The position numbers were made by a program, and so were the translations under genes. Source: Candidatus Levybacteria bacterium CG2_30_37_29 (lineage in GTDB: Bacteria; Patescibacteriota; Microgenomatia; Levybacterales; GWA1-39-11). From it: a stretch of 64,000 bases of DNA. Positions 52,498 to 62,517 of this stretch are shown here, piece by piece; the stretch's first letter is position 1, and each line of letters opens with the position of its first letter. The stretch is from positions 1,367-65,366 of the forward strand of contig MNYS01000005.1 in NCBI GenBank assembly GCA_001873215.1. The letters are read 5' to 3'. The notes beneath the pieces are model-generated. The model made no database searches and was not told the origin of the DNA. It saw nothing but the letters and a program-made list of their open reading frames with translations.

Positions 52498-53356
52498 ACC
52501 TGTTAAAATTTTGGTTCTTGGAGCAAACGGAAAACTTGGAAGGGTTGTTTATAGCTACTTATCGTTACAAAAAGGAGTTATGACATTCGGAACATACAGA
52601 AAAATAGATACTCAAAAAAATATTTTTAAGCTAGAAGTAAAAGATTTTAAAAAAGATATCAAAATAATTTTAAATGAAATAGGAAATATAGATTATGCAA
52701 TAAACTGCATTGCTACTTTATCAGAAAACGCCTCTCGCAAAGAATTAACTTTTGTCAATTCTATATTTCCCAAAAAGCTTTCAGAGCTTGCAGAAAAAAA
52801 CAATTTCTTTTTAATACACATATCTACTGATGGAGTTTTTTCTGCTAACAGCAAAGGAGTATCGGAACTCTCTATGCCTCATCCTGATACATTTTATGGA
52901 AAAAGCAAATTATTAGGAGAACCTAAGTCAAAAAATTCCATTACTTTAAGAACCTCACTAATAGGCTTTGATCCGGATAAAAAAATGGGGCTTTTGGAGT
53001 GGGTAATTAATAATAAAAAAATTAAAGGTTTTATAAATCAAAAGTGGTCAGGAGCAACAGTACTCCAAATTGCAAAATTCATAGACATTTCAATAAAAAA
53101 TAATTATTTTAAATCTATTAGAAAAAAGACGTCCATAATTCACTTTGCGCCTTTGGGACCAATCTCAAAATATCAATTATTGAATGATTTTATTAATGTT
53201 TTTAAAATCACAAAACAAATTGAGAAAAAAAAAGCACAACAAATTACCAGATATCTTACTTCTATATTCATTGACGCTGATATCTTAAAACTGTATACTT
53301 CAAATACAAAAAAGGTCCTTACAGAATTGGTGGAATTTGAAAAAAATATTAAATGA
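52484..53356 (+). CDS. RmlD-like NAD(P)-dependent sugar-nucleotide reductase (SDR)
   Basis: 'ILVLGANGKLG', 'ISTDGVFS', 'YGKSKLLGE' YxxxK, 'LRTSLIGF'. Confidence 0.7.
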   Translation: MKKNKPVKILVLGANGKLGRVVYSYLSLQKGVMTFGTYRKIDTQKNIFKLEVKDFKKDIKIILNEIGNIDYAINCIATLSENASRKELTFVNSIFPKKLSELAEKNNFFLIHISTDGVFSANSKGVSELSMPHPDTFYGKSKLLGEPKSKNSITLRTSLIGFDPDKKMGLLEWVINNKKIKGFINQKWSGATVLQIAKFIDISIKNNYFKSIRKKTSIIHFAPLGPISKYQLLNDFINVFKITKQIEKKKAQQITRYLTSIFIDADILKLYTSNTKKVLTELVEFEKNIK

Positions 53357-54543
53357 AAAAAAAGAAAATTGCATTTATTTTAGGGATTAGACCTGATCTT
53401 ATTCGTGCAGTTTTAATCGTGAGATTTTTAAAAAAAGCAAAAGATATTGATGTAATTCTTATTTGGTCCGGTCAGAATTACTCAGACAACCTAAAAGGAA
53501 TATTTTTTAGAGAATTTAATGTTCGGAAACCAGACATAGAACTTAACTGTAAAGGGTCAACAGATGCGGAAGTTGTATCAAAACTTACTGCACAGCTATA
53601 TCCCGTCTTTAACAAAATAAAACCGGATGCTGCAATATTTCTAGGAGACACCAACACCGCAATGGGGGCAATTCCAGCTGCACAATTAAATATTCCTATA
53701 ATCCATATAGAAGGTTGTTGGCATTCATATGATTGGAGAATGCCTGAGGAAAAAATTAGAACTATTATAGATCATATCTCTGATGTCATTTATACATACG
53801 AAGAAGAGTATAAAGAAAGAGGAATCGCAGAAGGACTAAACCCGAAAAACATTGTAGTTGTAAGAAATCCAATTGTTGATATTTTAAATGAATTTTATTT
53901 TAGAAAAAAAAATAAATTACAAAAAAAAGCAACCGAAACGTTTTTTTCAACAAGAAATATTAAATTAAAACAATATTTTCTTATGACATGTCACAGAAGA
54001 GAAAATGTTGAAATTAAAAAATCTTTTGAAGTAATTTTAAATCTTATTTCGAATATTAAAAATCCGGTATATTTTCCAGCAAGTTACAGAACTCAAAAAA
54101 TTATAAACGAAAGGAAAATAAAAACTCCAAAGAATTTAATTGTTGTTGATCCAGTAGGATACGAAGAGCTTTTGATTCTCTTAACTAACTCAAAAGCTGT
54201 TATTACCGATTCCGGTACTTTAAATGAAGAAGCCTGTATATTAAATATTCCCTGCATAAATGTCCGAAAAGCAACAGAACGTCCGCAAGTATACGACGTT
54301 CATGCATCTGTAAAATTTGATCCTGACCAACCAAAAAAATACACACCGGAGCTTGTGCTTAAAAAGTTGGAAAAAATTACCGGAACTTCTTGGCCAAATC
54401 CTTTTGGCGACGGAAAATCTTCAAAAAGAATCGCAGAAGATATCATAAAAAGAGTAAGATCAAATAAGCTTAGAGGATTCTTGCCGGAAAATAATCACCT
54501 ACCTATTGAACGGTCATTTATGGAAGATGGTATCAAAATCTAA
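53353..54543 (+). CDS. UDP-N-acetylglucosamine 2-epimerase family (WecB/CapG/FnlC-like)
   Basis: 'GIRPDLIR', 'HIEGCWHS', 'CHRRENV', 'ITDSGTLNEEACILNIPCINVRKATERPQ', 'NPFGDGKSSKRI'. Confidence 0.8.
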   Translation: MKKKKIAFILGIRPDLIRAVLIVRFLKKAKDIDVILIWSGQNYSDNLKGIFFREFNVRKPDIELNCKGSTDAEVVSKLTAQLYPVFNKIKPDAAIFLGDTNTAMGAIPAAQLNIPIIHIEGCWHSYDWRMPEEKIRTIIDHISDVIYTYEEEYKERGIAEGLNPKNIVVVRNPIVDILNEFYFRKKNKLQKKATETFFSTRNIKLKQYFLMTCHRRENVEIKKSFEVILNLISNIKNPVYFPASYRTQKIINERKIKTPKNLIVVDPVGYEELLILLTNSKAVITDSGTLNEEACILNIPCINVRKATERPQVYDVHASVKFDPDQPKKYTPELVLKKLEKITGTSWPNPFGDGKSSKRIAEDIIKRVRSNKLRGFLPENNHLPIERSFMEDGIKI

Positions 54544-55255
54544 CATCACTCTTGGAGTTATTATTCCTATGTACAACGAAGAAAAAGTTTCTTCTAAAAC
54601 AGTTGATGAAGTATTAAATATATTAAAAAATATAAAAGTTTCTTCAAGGCTAATTGTAATTGACGACGGAAGTTCTGATAAAACCCCAAATATTTTAAGA
54701 CAAAAGATAAAAAAGTATCCAAAAAATCTTGTAGTTTTAACTCATAAAAAAAACGCTGGGTACGGTGGAGCAACAAAAACAGGAATAAAATATGCTTTAG
54801 ATAATAATATTGAATGGTGTTTACATATGGACTCTGACCTTACAAACCCACCTAGGTATATTATAAAGTTTGTTGAAAAAATATCTAAATCGGTTGATTG
54901 CATAAAAGCATCAAGATATATTAATGGTAGCAAGGTTAAAAACGTTCCTCTTTTTCGCAAAGCAATATCTTTTGTCGGAAATTTTTTTGCGATGTTTTTC
55001 TTTCGTGTGGGTATACACGATTGCACGAACGGATTTAGGATGGTTAGAACAGGTATGTTAAAAGGAATTAAATTTAAGGAAAATAACTTCTCGATAATTC
55101 TTGAAGAATTATATTATTTAAAAAAAAGAGATGCACGCTTTTTAGAGATTCCAAACGTTTTATATGCTAGAACGAATACAACATCTCACTTCAAATACAA
55201 GCCTAAAATTTTTTACGACTATTTCAAATACGCTTTTAAAGCAGCATTTACTTAA
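54527..55255 (+). CDS. Glycosyltransferase family 2 (Dpm1/GtrB-like polyprenyl-phosphate sugar synthase type)
   Basis: 'GVIIPMYNEEKV…LIVIDDGSSDKT'; TTG at 54506 could be an alternative start. Confidence 0.75.
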   Translation: MVSKSNITLGVIIPMYNEEKVSSKTVDEVLNILKNIKVSSRLIVIDDGSSDKTPNILRQKIKKYPKNLVVLTHKKNAGYGGATKTGIKYALDNNIEWCLHMDSDLTNPPRYIIKFVEKISKSVDCIKASRYINGSKVKNVPLFRKAISFVGNFFAMFFFRVGIHDCTNGFRMVRTGMLKGIKFKENNFSIILEELYYLKKRDARFLEIPNVLYARTNTTSHFKYKPKIFYDYFKYAFKAAFT

Positions 55256-56312
55256 GCTTATTTTGTTTATGAATCATTAGTTCTTCTTTTATTTCGGGCA
55301 ACTTTAATAATATTTTAGTAACTTCTTTAACATTTAACCTTTTTGTATTTTCAGAAGTGAATGCAATATTTTTTCCTGCATTGGATTTCTTACCTTGATA
55401 AAAATATTTATTATAGTCAAGCCCTTGGCTTTCCGGCGGAATTTTGTAATAGCTTGGCGTATCTACCGCACGCAACAATTCCTCAACTCCAATAAGAGTC
55501 TCATGCATTTTTTCCCCTGCTCTAATACCGACTTGGACGTGCCCTTTCTTATAATTGAAAATTGAGCAAACCGCATCCGCAAGAGTTTCAAGAGTACAAG
55601 CTGGAGATTTTCGTACATACATATATCCATTTTCCCCTTTTACAAGCGCATATAAAACTAAATCTATTGCCTCCGTAAGCGGAAGAAGAAAACGCGTCAT
55701 ATCTTTATTTGTAACAGTCAGGGTTTTATTTTGACGTATTTGATCAATAAAGTACGGAATGACAGATCCTCTTGTATAAAGCACATTGCCATATCTAACC
55801 CCACAAAGAATTGTTTTGTTTTTTTTTGATTCACTTGTTTTTTTAGATTCAGCAATAACTACTTTTTCCATAAGAGCCTTTGTCATTCCAATGACATTAA
55901 TAGGATATACGGCTTTATCCGTACTCAATACAACTACTTTTCTGGCTCCGTTTTTTATGGCCGAATTTATTACATTTTCAGCTCCTAATACATTTGTTTT
56001 CAACGCTTCCATTGGAAAAAATTCACACGTCGGAACCTGTTTAAGTGCAGCTGCATGAAATATATAGTCAACACCCTCTACTACCCTATTCAAACTAGAA
56101 AAATCTCTTACGTCCCCAATAACAAACTTAAGCAATGGACTATCATACATATTTCGCATATCGTGCTGCTTCTTTTCGTCTCTTGAGAAAATAATAATTT
56201 TTTTAGGATGTAACCTTAAAAGGGTTTTTAGCATCTCAGAACCAAAAGACCCTGTACCGCCGGTTATTAAAAATGTTTTACCTTTAATTTTTCCAAGAAC
56301 ACCAGGAATCAT
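55248..56312 (-). CDS. UDP-GlcNAc 4,6-dehydratase of the CapE/FnlA/PseB (Polysacc_synt_2) family
   Basis: 'FLITGGTGSFGSEMLKTL', 'HAAALKQVPTCEFFPMEALKTNVLG', 'STDKAVYPINVIGMTKALMEK'. Confidence 0.85.
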   Translation of the reverse strand: MIPGVLGKIKGKTFLITGGTGSFGSEMLKTLLRLHPKKIIIFSRDEKKQHDMRNMYDSPLLKFVIGDVRDFSSLNRVVEGVDYIFHAAALKQVPTCEFFPMEALKTNVLGAENVINSAIKNGARKVVVLSTDKAVYPINVIGMTKALMEKVVIAESKKTSESKKNKTILCGVRYGNVLYTRGSVIPYFIDQIRQNKTLTVTNKDMTRFLLPLTEAIDLVLYALVKGENGYMYVRKSPACTLETLADAVCSIFNYKKGHVQVGIRAGEKMHETLIGVEELLRAVDTPSYYKIPPESQGLDYNKYFYQGKKSNAGKNIAFTSENTKRLNVKEVTKILLKLPEIKEELMIHKQNKLK

Positions 56313-58873
56313 GGGAAGATTATATCATAATAAGCAGGCTTGGCATAAATAGCTATCGAATCAGGCCCGGCAACAAGTCCAGACATATAATAATTAAGCT
56401 CGTTTCCAAATAACTTGTAAAATTGAGGGCTAGGAAAAAACTCAGCAATTTTTTTATAATTTCTTTTCTCAAGATTGTTAATAAGTTCTTTTTTTATGGA
56501 TTTTTTCTCGTAAAACTTAGCGATTGCCGGATTTGATACTATAACAATATTCGGTAATTCTCGGATTTTTGAATCAATAACAATATATGAATAGCGTAGG
56601 CTTTTGTCATTATTAATATTTTTTTTGTAAAATTCATATAGAATAAAATCTGGAGTAGCCTGATAGACAGGAATGTTTTCTATTCCAATTGTTTCTCCTT
56701 TTTTTATATTTTTATAAATCCAATCTGACGCCAGAGCTTGAGGAGGGATAGTATATTTTAAAATTATCCAAGATCCAGATTCAATAATTTGTAAAAGCAT
56801 TACTAATACTAATATGGGCATCAATATTTTTTTTAATTTGTAGCTTCTTTGCGCAAATATTTTTTTAACAGTCAAACAAATAAATATAATCATCCATGGA
56901 AGTAGTACAAGAGCTCTATTTGCACCAATGTATATACCCAACGGTTGAAAACTTATTGCGAATAATACAAGTGAAACAATCAAAAATACATCTACTCTAT
57001 GACTTACATTTTTTTCTTTATTAAACAACCAACACAAAAGTGACACCAAAATTAGTACGAAAAACGGATGACCAAAAATGGTGGGGAATTGCTGAAAAAT
57101 AAAAAAGCTCAATAAAGAACCATCACCATAGTAGAAATTTTGCGTTGCTGCGGTTGAGCTTAGCACATTAGAACTAATGTATTCATTCATGTTTTGTCCA
57201 AAAAAAAGTAAATCCGGCAGTCCAAAAATCCCAAATGTTGCAAGAAGCATAAGTAACCCCATTCCTAAAACCGGCAATAAACTTTTTTTAAAAGAATAAG
57301 TTTGAAAAAAAATAAATATATATATTGGAATAAGAGGTATTGCACTAACTTTGGTTGAAAGCGCCAACCCACCTACAGTTCCCAACACAACATAGTTTAT
57401 CTTTGATGGTTCCTGAATAAATCGTATCGATAAATAAAGAAAAAGTGATATCCAAAATAGAAGCGCAATATCGTACTTAAAATAATTACTAAGAGATAAA
57501 AAAGCCGGATTAAAAACAAAAAGAAGCACACAAAAAACTTTACTTATTTTCAATCTATTTGATATGAAAAGCATAATTAAAACGGATAATATACCAAATA
57601 AAAGCGTGTTGAATCTTAAAATTTCAAAAATTCTTTCCTGCATTGGCAATAAATCTATGGCAGATTTTATAGAAAAAGGGTTAATAATTTTTAATAAAAC
57701 GAAAGGAATTAAATAAACACCTGAAATAAAAAATTGGAGCATGCTTCCGTTTGCCCCACCTGCAATATTGGGAGTACCGTATTTAAAAACGTGTCTCACT
57801 GATTGCAGCTGATGCCATTCATCCATATGATATGCAAAAGGATGAGATATGCCCGGAATACCCCATTTCAGAACCGATATCATTAACAAAACGTAAACAA
57901 AAAAAATAGTAACAATAAGCATATTTTTTCTAATATTAATCGGCAGCGTATTTATAAAAAAGCGTTTCGTTGCACCAATAGTTGTACCTAAAATAACGGC
58001 TAAATCGGAAATAACTTGAAATGCAGGAAGATAAAAAAAAGCACCTCTTTTGTTTACATATTTATAGTTTTTCCATATTGACCAGACAACGTAAAGACAT
58101 ACAGATAAAGAAAGAAAAAATGCAAGACTAAGAGACTTAGTAATAAAAAGTAAAACTGAAAGATAAAATACGATACTATACCTATAATATATATAAAAAA
58201 CATTTTGGCGAAATATTCCGGCTTCTCCGTCTCCAAATGCAAACCTCGCAAACATTACAAATGTACGCCAAAAAGTTGTTCGAGGAATCCAATAGACAAT
58301 AGCACCCTTTGCAAAGCTAATTTTGATTTTATGTTTTTCTAATGTTTTTGCAAACACATAGTCTTCATTATGAGAATACTCTTGCGGAAATCCACCAAGC
58401 TTTTTCCAAACTTTCTTTCTTAAAGCCATTGATCGTGAAGCTGGTAAAAAATATTCGTTATCTAGCTTGTCGGGCATGACCAAAACGTATGGAACCAAAC
58501 ATTTTTGAAAAAGCGTATTAGCTTTTCCTTCATAATATCCTGCAACAACCTCAGTTTTTTTATCAGTAAACGGTTTTGTAATTTCAGATATCCAATTTTT
58601 ATCCAGAATACATCCTGAATCAGAAATTACAATAATGTCACCGCTTGCTTTACTTATTCCTTCATTTCTTCCGACTGACCGGTTTCCTTTTTTTTCAAAA
58701 ACAACAACTTTAATTTTTTTGTAATCTTTTATTATCTCAACAGTTTTGTCTTTAGACCCACCATCAACAATTATCACTTCATAGGGTTTTTTTGATTGAG
58801 AAGTAATTGAATCGAGAAAAGGTATAATAGTTTTTTCTTCATTATAAACAGTTATTACCAGAGAAGCTTTCAT
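56309..58873 (-). CDS. Fusion protein: N-terminal GT2 glycosyltransferase domain + ~600-aa polytopic membrane domain
   Basis: 'SLVITVYNEEKTI…VIIVDGGSKDKT' then ~14 TM. Confidence 0.7.
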   Translation of the reverse strand: MKASLVITVYNEEKTIIPFLDSITSQSKKPYEVIIVDGGSKDKTVEIIKDYKKIKVVVFEKKGNRSVGRNEGISKASGDIIVISDSGCILDKNWISEITKPFTDKKTEVVAGYYEGKANTLFQKCLVPYVLVMPDKLDNEYFLPASRSMALRKKVWKKLGGFPQEYSHNEDYVFAKTLEKHKIKISFAKGAIVYWIPRTTFWRTFVMFARFAFGDGEAGIFRQNVFYIYYRYSIVFYLSVLLFITKSLSLAFFLSLSVCLYVVWSIWKNYKYVNKRGAFFYLPAFQVISDLAVILGTTIGATKRFFINTLPINIRKNMLIVTIFFVYVLLMISVLKWGIPGISHPFAYHMDEWHQLQSVRHVFKYGTPNIAGGANGSMLQFFISGVYLIPFVLLKIINPFSIKSAIDLLPMQERIFEILRFNTLLFGILSVLIMLFISNRLKISKVFCVLLFVFNPAFLSLSNYFKYDIALLFWISLFLYLSIRFIQEPSKINYVVLGTVGGLALSTKVSAIPLIPIYIFIFFQTYSFKKSLLPVLGMGLLMLLATFGIFGLPDLLFFGQNMNEYISSNVLSSTAATQNFYYGDGSLLSFFIFQQFPTIFGHPFFVLILVSLLCWLFNKEKNVSHRVDVFLIVSLVLFAISFQPLGIYIGANRALVLLPWMIIFICLTVKKIFAQRSYKLKKILMPILVLVMLLQIIESGSWIILKYTIPPQALASDWIYKNIKKGETIGIENIPVYQATPDFILYEFYKKNINNDKSLRYSYIVIDSKIRELPNIVIVSNPAIAKFYEKKSIKKELINNLEKRNYKKIAEFFPSPQFYKLFGNELNYYMSGLVAGPDSIAIYAKPAYYDIIFP

Positions 58874-58952
58874 ATTTTTTGTTTGTAAAATTACATGATA
58901 TTATACCACTGTATTTTTTAGTTTATTAGTATAAAATATTCAAGTATTTAAT

Positions 58953-59843
58953 ATGAGAAATAACAGCAAATGCCCAATTTGTAACTCTAAGAAAACAAGG
59001 GAACTTTATTCTTCAAATATTGATATTTTAAAACTTACTTTCTCTTACACCAGAACGCCTGATAATAATAAGACTTTTAGAGTTGTTAAATGTTGTAATT
59101 GTAGCCATGTCTTTTGCTCCCCTATTCCAAAAATGTTTTACAAAAAATATGAAAAAGTTACGGATAAAGAGTATCTGAAACACAAATTGGCAAGAAAACT
59201 TACTGCACGTGAGGTTTTAAAACTTATTACGAAATACTATTCTTGCGGAAGACTTCTTGACGTTGGATGTGCCACTGGAGATTTTCTTCTTGAAGCAAAA
59301 AAATGTGGATTTTCTGTTGAGGGCCTAGAACTTTCTTCTTGGTCCTCTAAAATTGCAAGAAGCCGAGGACTAAAAATACATAAAAAAACATTACGGGCTC
59401 TTTCAGAAAAAAATAAAAATTCATACGATTTTATAACTATGTGGGGTGTTATTGAACATTTTGAGAATCCAACATCTGAAATGAAATACATAAATAAACT
59501 TTTAAAACCTAATGGAATACTGATACTTTGGACCGGAGATATAAATTCACTTACTAGCAAAATAATGGGTCGCCGTTGGTGGTATTGGCAAGGACAACAT
59601 ATTCAATATTTTACAAAAAATAGCTTAAACTTTCTCGCTTCATTATCTGGCTTTGAAAATATTAAAACACAAATTTACCCTTTCGTTGCCAACTATGAAC
59701 TATTAAATAATTCCTTGAGCAGATACCGACTTCATACCGTCATAATAAAATTTCTATGGCCACTTTTCTTAGTCAGAAAACAAATAATATTACGTTTACC
59801 GGGTGAAATGTTGTGGTTTGGTAAAAAAATATCAAAAAAATAA
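58953..59843 (+). CDS. SAM-dependent methyltransferase with N-terminal Zn-ribbon
   Basis: 'CPICNS…CCNCSHVFCSP', 'LLDVGCATGDFLLEAKKCGFSVEGLE', 'LKPNGILILWTGD'. Confidence 0.75.
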   Translation: MRNNSKCPICNSKKTRELYSSNIDILKLTFSYTRTPDNNKTFRVVKCCNCSHVFCSPIPKMFYKKYEKVTDKEYLKHKLARKLTAREVLKLITKYYSCGRLLDVGCATGDFLLEAKKCGFSVEGLELSSWSSKIARSRGLKIHKKTLRALSEKNKNSYDFITMWGVIEHFENPTSEMKYINKLLKPNGILILWTGDINSLTSKIMGRRWWYWQGQHIQYFTKNSLNFLASLSGFENIKTQIYPFVANYELLNNSLSRYRLHTVIIKFLWPLFLVRKQIILRLPGEMLWFGKKISKK

Positions 59844-61598
59844 TTTATTTCTTTTAAACAATTGTTTGGTTGATAAAAATATAAGTAAAAATGCTATCCC
59901 GCAAAAAAGTATTAAACTTATTGTTTTTATAAATTTATATGCAAAGATGTCTTCATAATATAGCTCAACGTAGTGAAGACCTGCATTAAGTTTTGCATTT
60001 ATTACTCCTCTTTTTGCGGAATAGATATATATATGCTTATTATCGCTCTTTAAAGTCCAACCGGGAAAATACAATGTATTTTCTTTAATTTCAAGAGATG
60101 TTTTTGCATCTATAATATATGTATGTTGTACAGAAGTTCTTTTTAAGGGAACGACAGTAGCATTTCCAGACAAAATCTCTAAATTTTTAGTTGGAGCATC
60201 CGAAAACCAAAAATTGTTAATATCTGCCCACTTCGTATTCAAAAAATATGCTGTTACTCCTTCATAAGCTGTGCTCTTTGAAAGGTTTTTTTGCAAAAAA
60301 GAATCATTAATATCAACTATTAGCGTCCTGTGCCCCCAATTTAATATTGTTGAACTAATCGTAAACAGAATAATTATATATATTAAAACTTTTTTCCTTC
60401 TTGATTTAGCAAAAGAATATGTAAAATATCCTGCTATAACCGATGTACACAACGAAATGGGCAACAATAATCTTCCTGTTGCCAGAAGCGTTATCAAACT
60501 ATGAAAAATATTCCATATAGGTTTTGATGACGGATGTACGAAAAATAAAAAAGTCGATAAAATAATAATCCAAAAAATATATTGTGGTTTTATGTTTTTT
60601 GGTATTTTATTTTTTGCTAATAAAACAATAGATAAAACTACTACTAATATTTGTGTGTAACCAATAAACAAAGCAAGCTCTCCTCTATGACCTTGAAATA
60701 AAAAACCATAAAGCCAAGGTGAATAAAAAAGACTGACAAAAGGTATGAACCAAATTGCCTGAGGAGGAGCAGGAAAAGTATACTGAGCAAATATTATAAA
60801 AGATACCCAAAGATACGTGGATGATAGCGCACCGAGAAATAACCATAATACACATATGAATATTGATTTATAGCTATTTTTTACTATTTCCATAAATACC
60901 GCATAAATAACTGTAACTGCAAAAATTGGAATAGCGACTAAAGGATGGGCAGCAAATAATAATGCGGTAAAAAAACTAGAAAATACTAAAAATAAGAATT
61001 TTTTTTTATTTATATAAAGAGATAAAAATAAAAAAATAAGAGGAGTAATTGTAAATACAGTCAGCTCTCCTAATGTAGCCCGGAAACTATAATCTACTAA
61101 ATGGTATGGTGAAAATATATAAAAAATACCGGATGTAAAAGCTGCAAGTTTATTTTTTGTAAGTATAAATACCCAAAAATACATAAAAATACCTGATAAA
61201 AAAAATGTCAATCCTAAATAAATTTTCATACTATTAATAAAACTTATTCCCAATAAGTGAAAAAAGGAAATAAAATAGTATGGGAAGTTATAATTAAAAA
61301 TAAATAATGGATTACCATAAGTACCATTTAATTGACCTGCCCAAGAAGGCATAAAATGTCCCTCTACAAGCGAACTGTAAAACGACATAATTCTATAAAT
61401 ATGAATATTGAAATCTCCACTTTCAAAAGTACCAGGACGCAACAGACTAATCAAAGGCAATAATGAAACGAAAATTAATATATATAATAGATTTATTTTT
61501 TTTTGGGGGAAAATAAATTTATAAAATAAAATACAAACTAGCAGAAGTACAGAAAAAAATAAGTTAATAACTATTAAATGATAATTTAAAAAAATCAT
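59832..61598 (-). CDS. Hypothetical polytopic membrane protein (possible GT-C-type transferase/polymerase)
   Basis: 588 aa, >12 TM, extracytoplasmic C-terminal ~150 aa. Confidence 0.4.
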   Translation of the reverse strand: MIFLNYHLIVINLFFSVLLLVCILFYKFIFPQKKINLLYILIFVSLLPLISLLRPGTFESGDFNIHIYRIMSFYSSLVEGHFMPSWAGQLNGTYGNPLFIFNYNFPYYFISFFHLLGISFINSMKIYLGLTFFLSGIFMYFWVFILTKNKLAAFTSGIFYIFSPYHLVDYSFRATLGELTVFTITPLIFLFLSLYINKKKFLFLVFSSFFTALLFAAHPLVAIPIFAVTVIYAVFMEIVKNSYKSIFICVLWLFLGALSSTYLWVSFIIFAQYTFPAPPQAIWFIPFVSLFYSPWLYGFLFQGHRGELALFIGYTQILVVVLSIVLLAKNKIPKNIKPQYIFWIIILSTFLFFVHPSSKPIWNIFHSLITLLATGRLLLPISLCTSVIAGYFTYSFAKSRRKKVLIYIIILFTISSTILNWGHRTLIVDINDSFLQKNLSKSTAYEGVTAYFLNTKWADINNFWFSDAPTKNLEILSGNATVVPLKRTSVQHTYIIDAKTSLEIKENTLYFPGWTLKSDNKHIYIYSAKRGVINAKLNAGLHYVELYYEDIFAYKFIKTISLILFCGIAFLLIFLSTKQLFKRNKLFF

Positions 61599-61631
61599 AA
61601 CACATATAGTCTTTTGTTTTAGTAGTTTTTT

Positions 61632-62423
61632 TTATTTTCTAGCAATTACAAGTAAGTTCGTTCCTTCTTTTTCTTCTTCCTCTACATATTTTACAAATAA
61701 TTTTGTTAAAATATCTACTGCAAATGGCGGACGAAAAACAAACCTTTTTCCTAAAAGAGGATAAAAGAGTTGGGCTGGCCAAGATGTCAGAAGAAAGATA
61801 TCAAATAACTTTGTAACTTTAGGTGTAATAATACTTTGTTGTTTTTCAATAACAAAACCGGCATTTTTAATTTTTTCAATCCATTCTTTTTTTGAAAGCA
61901 ATGTTTGTCTATGAAATATCCTATTATAGCTTTGCGTACACCATTTGCTAAAACTGCCAATGCCTATTTTTTTAAAAAGCGGACGATAAAAAGTATTTAA
62001 ATCAACTTCATCTGTTTCAAGCGTCAAAAAAATTATTCCTCCGGGCCTTAAGACTCTATAACTCTCTTTCAAAAGCTTGTCAGGATGCGTAATATGCTCA
62101 TAGGTGCTAATTGAAAAAATTGAACCAAAAGTATTGTCTGAAAAAGGCATTTCCCGAGCATCCCCAATAACCAAATTTTTATATTTTTTTGTTTTTACAG
62201 TGTTATAAAGATTTTTTGCAAGAATATCTATTCCTACATCAACGGGCTTACCATCTACAAATGCGAGTGCAAACTCTCCAAATCCACAACCTACATCAAG
62301 AATAGGCCGAGGAAGTTTTATTCTGCTTAAATGTTTCGCTTCTACGGATCGCCAAAGAGCAAGTCCTAGTGGAGCAATTTTTAAGTACCTTCTGAAATAA
62401 TATTCTGCTTTTGATTTTGCCAT
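61632..62423 (-). CDS. Class I SAM-dependent methyltransferase
   Basis: 'ILDVGCGFGEFALAF', 'LRPGGIIFLTLE'. Confidence 0.75.
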   Translation of the reverse strand: MAKSKAEYYFRRYLKIAPLGLALWRSVEAKHLSRIKLPRPILDVGCGFGEFALAFVDGKPVDVGIDILAKNLYNTVKTKKYKNLVIGDAREMPFSDNTFGSIFSISTYEHITHPDKLLKESYRVLRPGGIIFLTLETDEVDLNTFYRPLFKKIGIGSFSKWCTQSYNRIFHRQTLLSKKEWIEKIKNAGFVIEKQQSIITPKVTKLFDIFLLTSWPAQLFYPLLGKRFVFRPPFAVDILTKLFVKYVEEEEKEGTNLLVIARK

Positions 62424-62517
62424 ATATATATTTTGTCCTGAAAAGCTATCCTAGCAAATATTTGAAAAGGAATCAATTCACACTTCTCGTACCATACCTC
62501 TTCGATGTCTTTAATGG

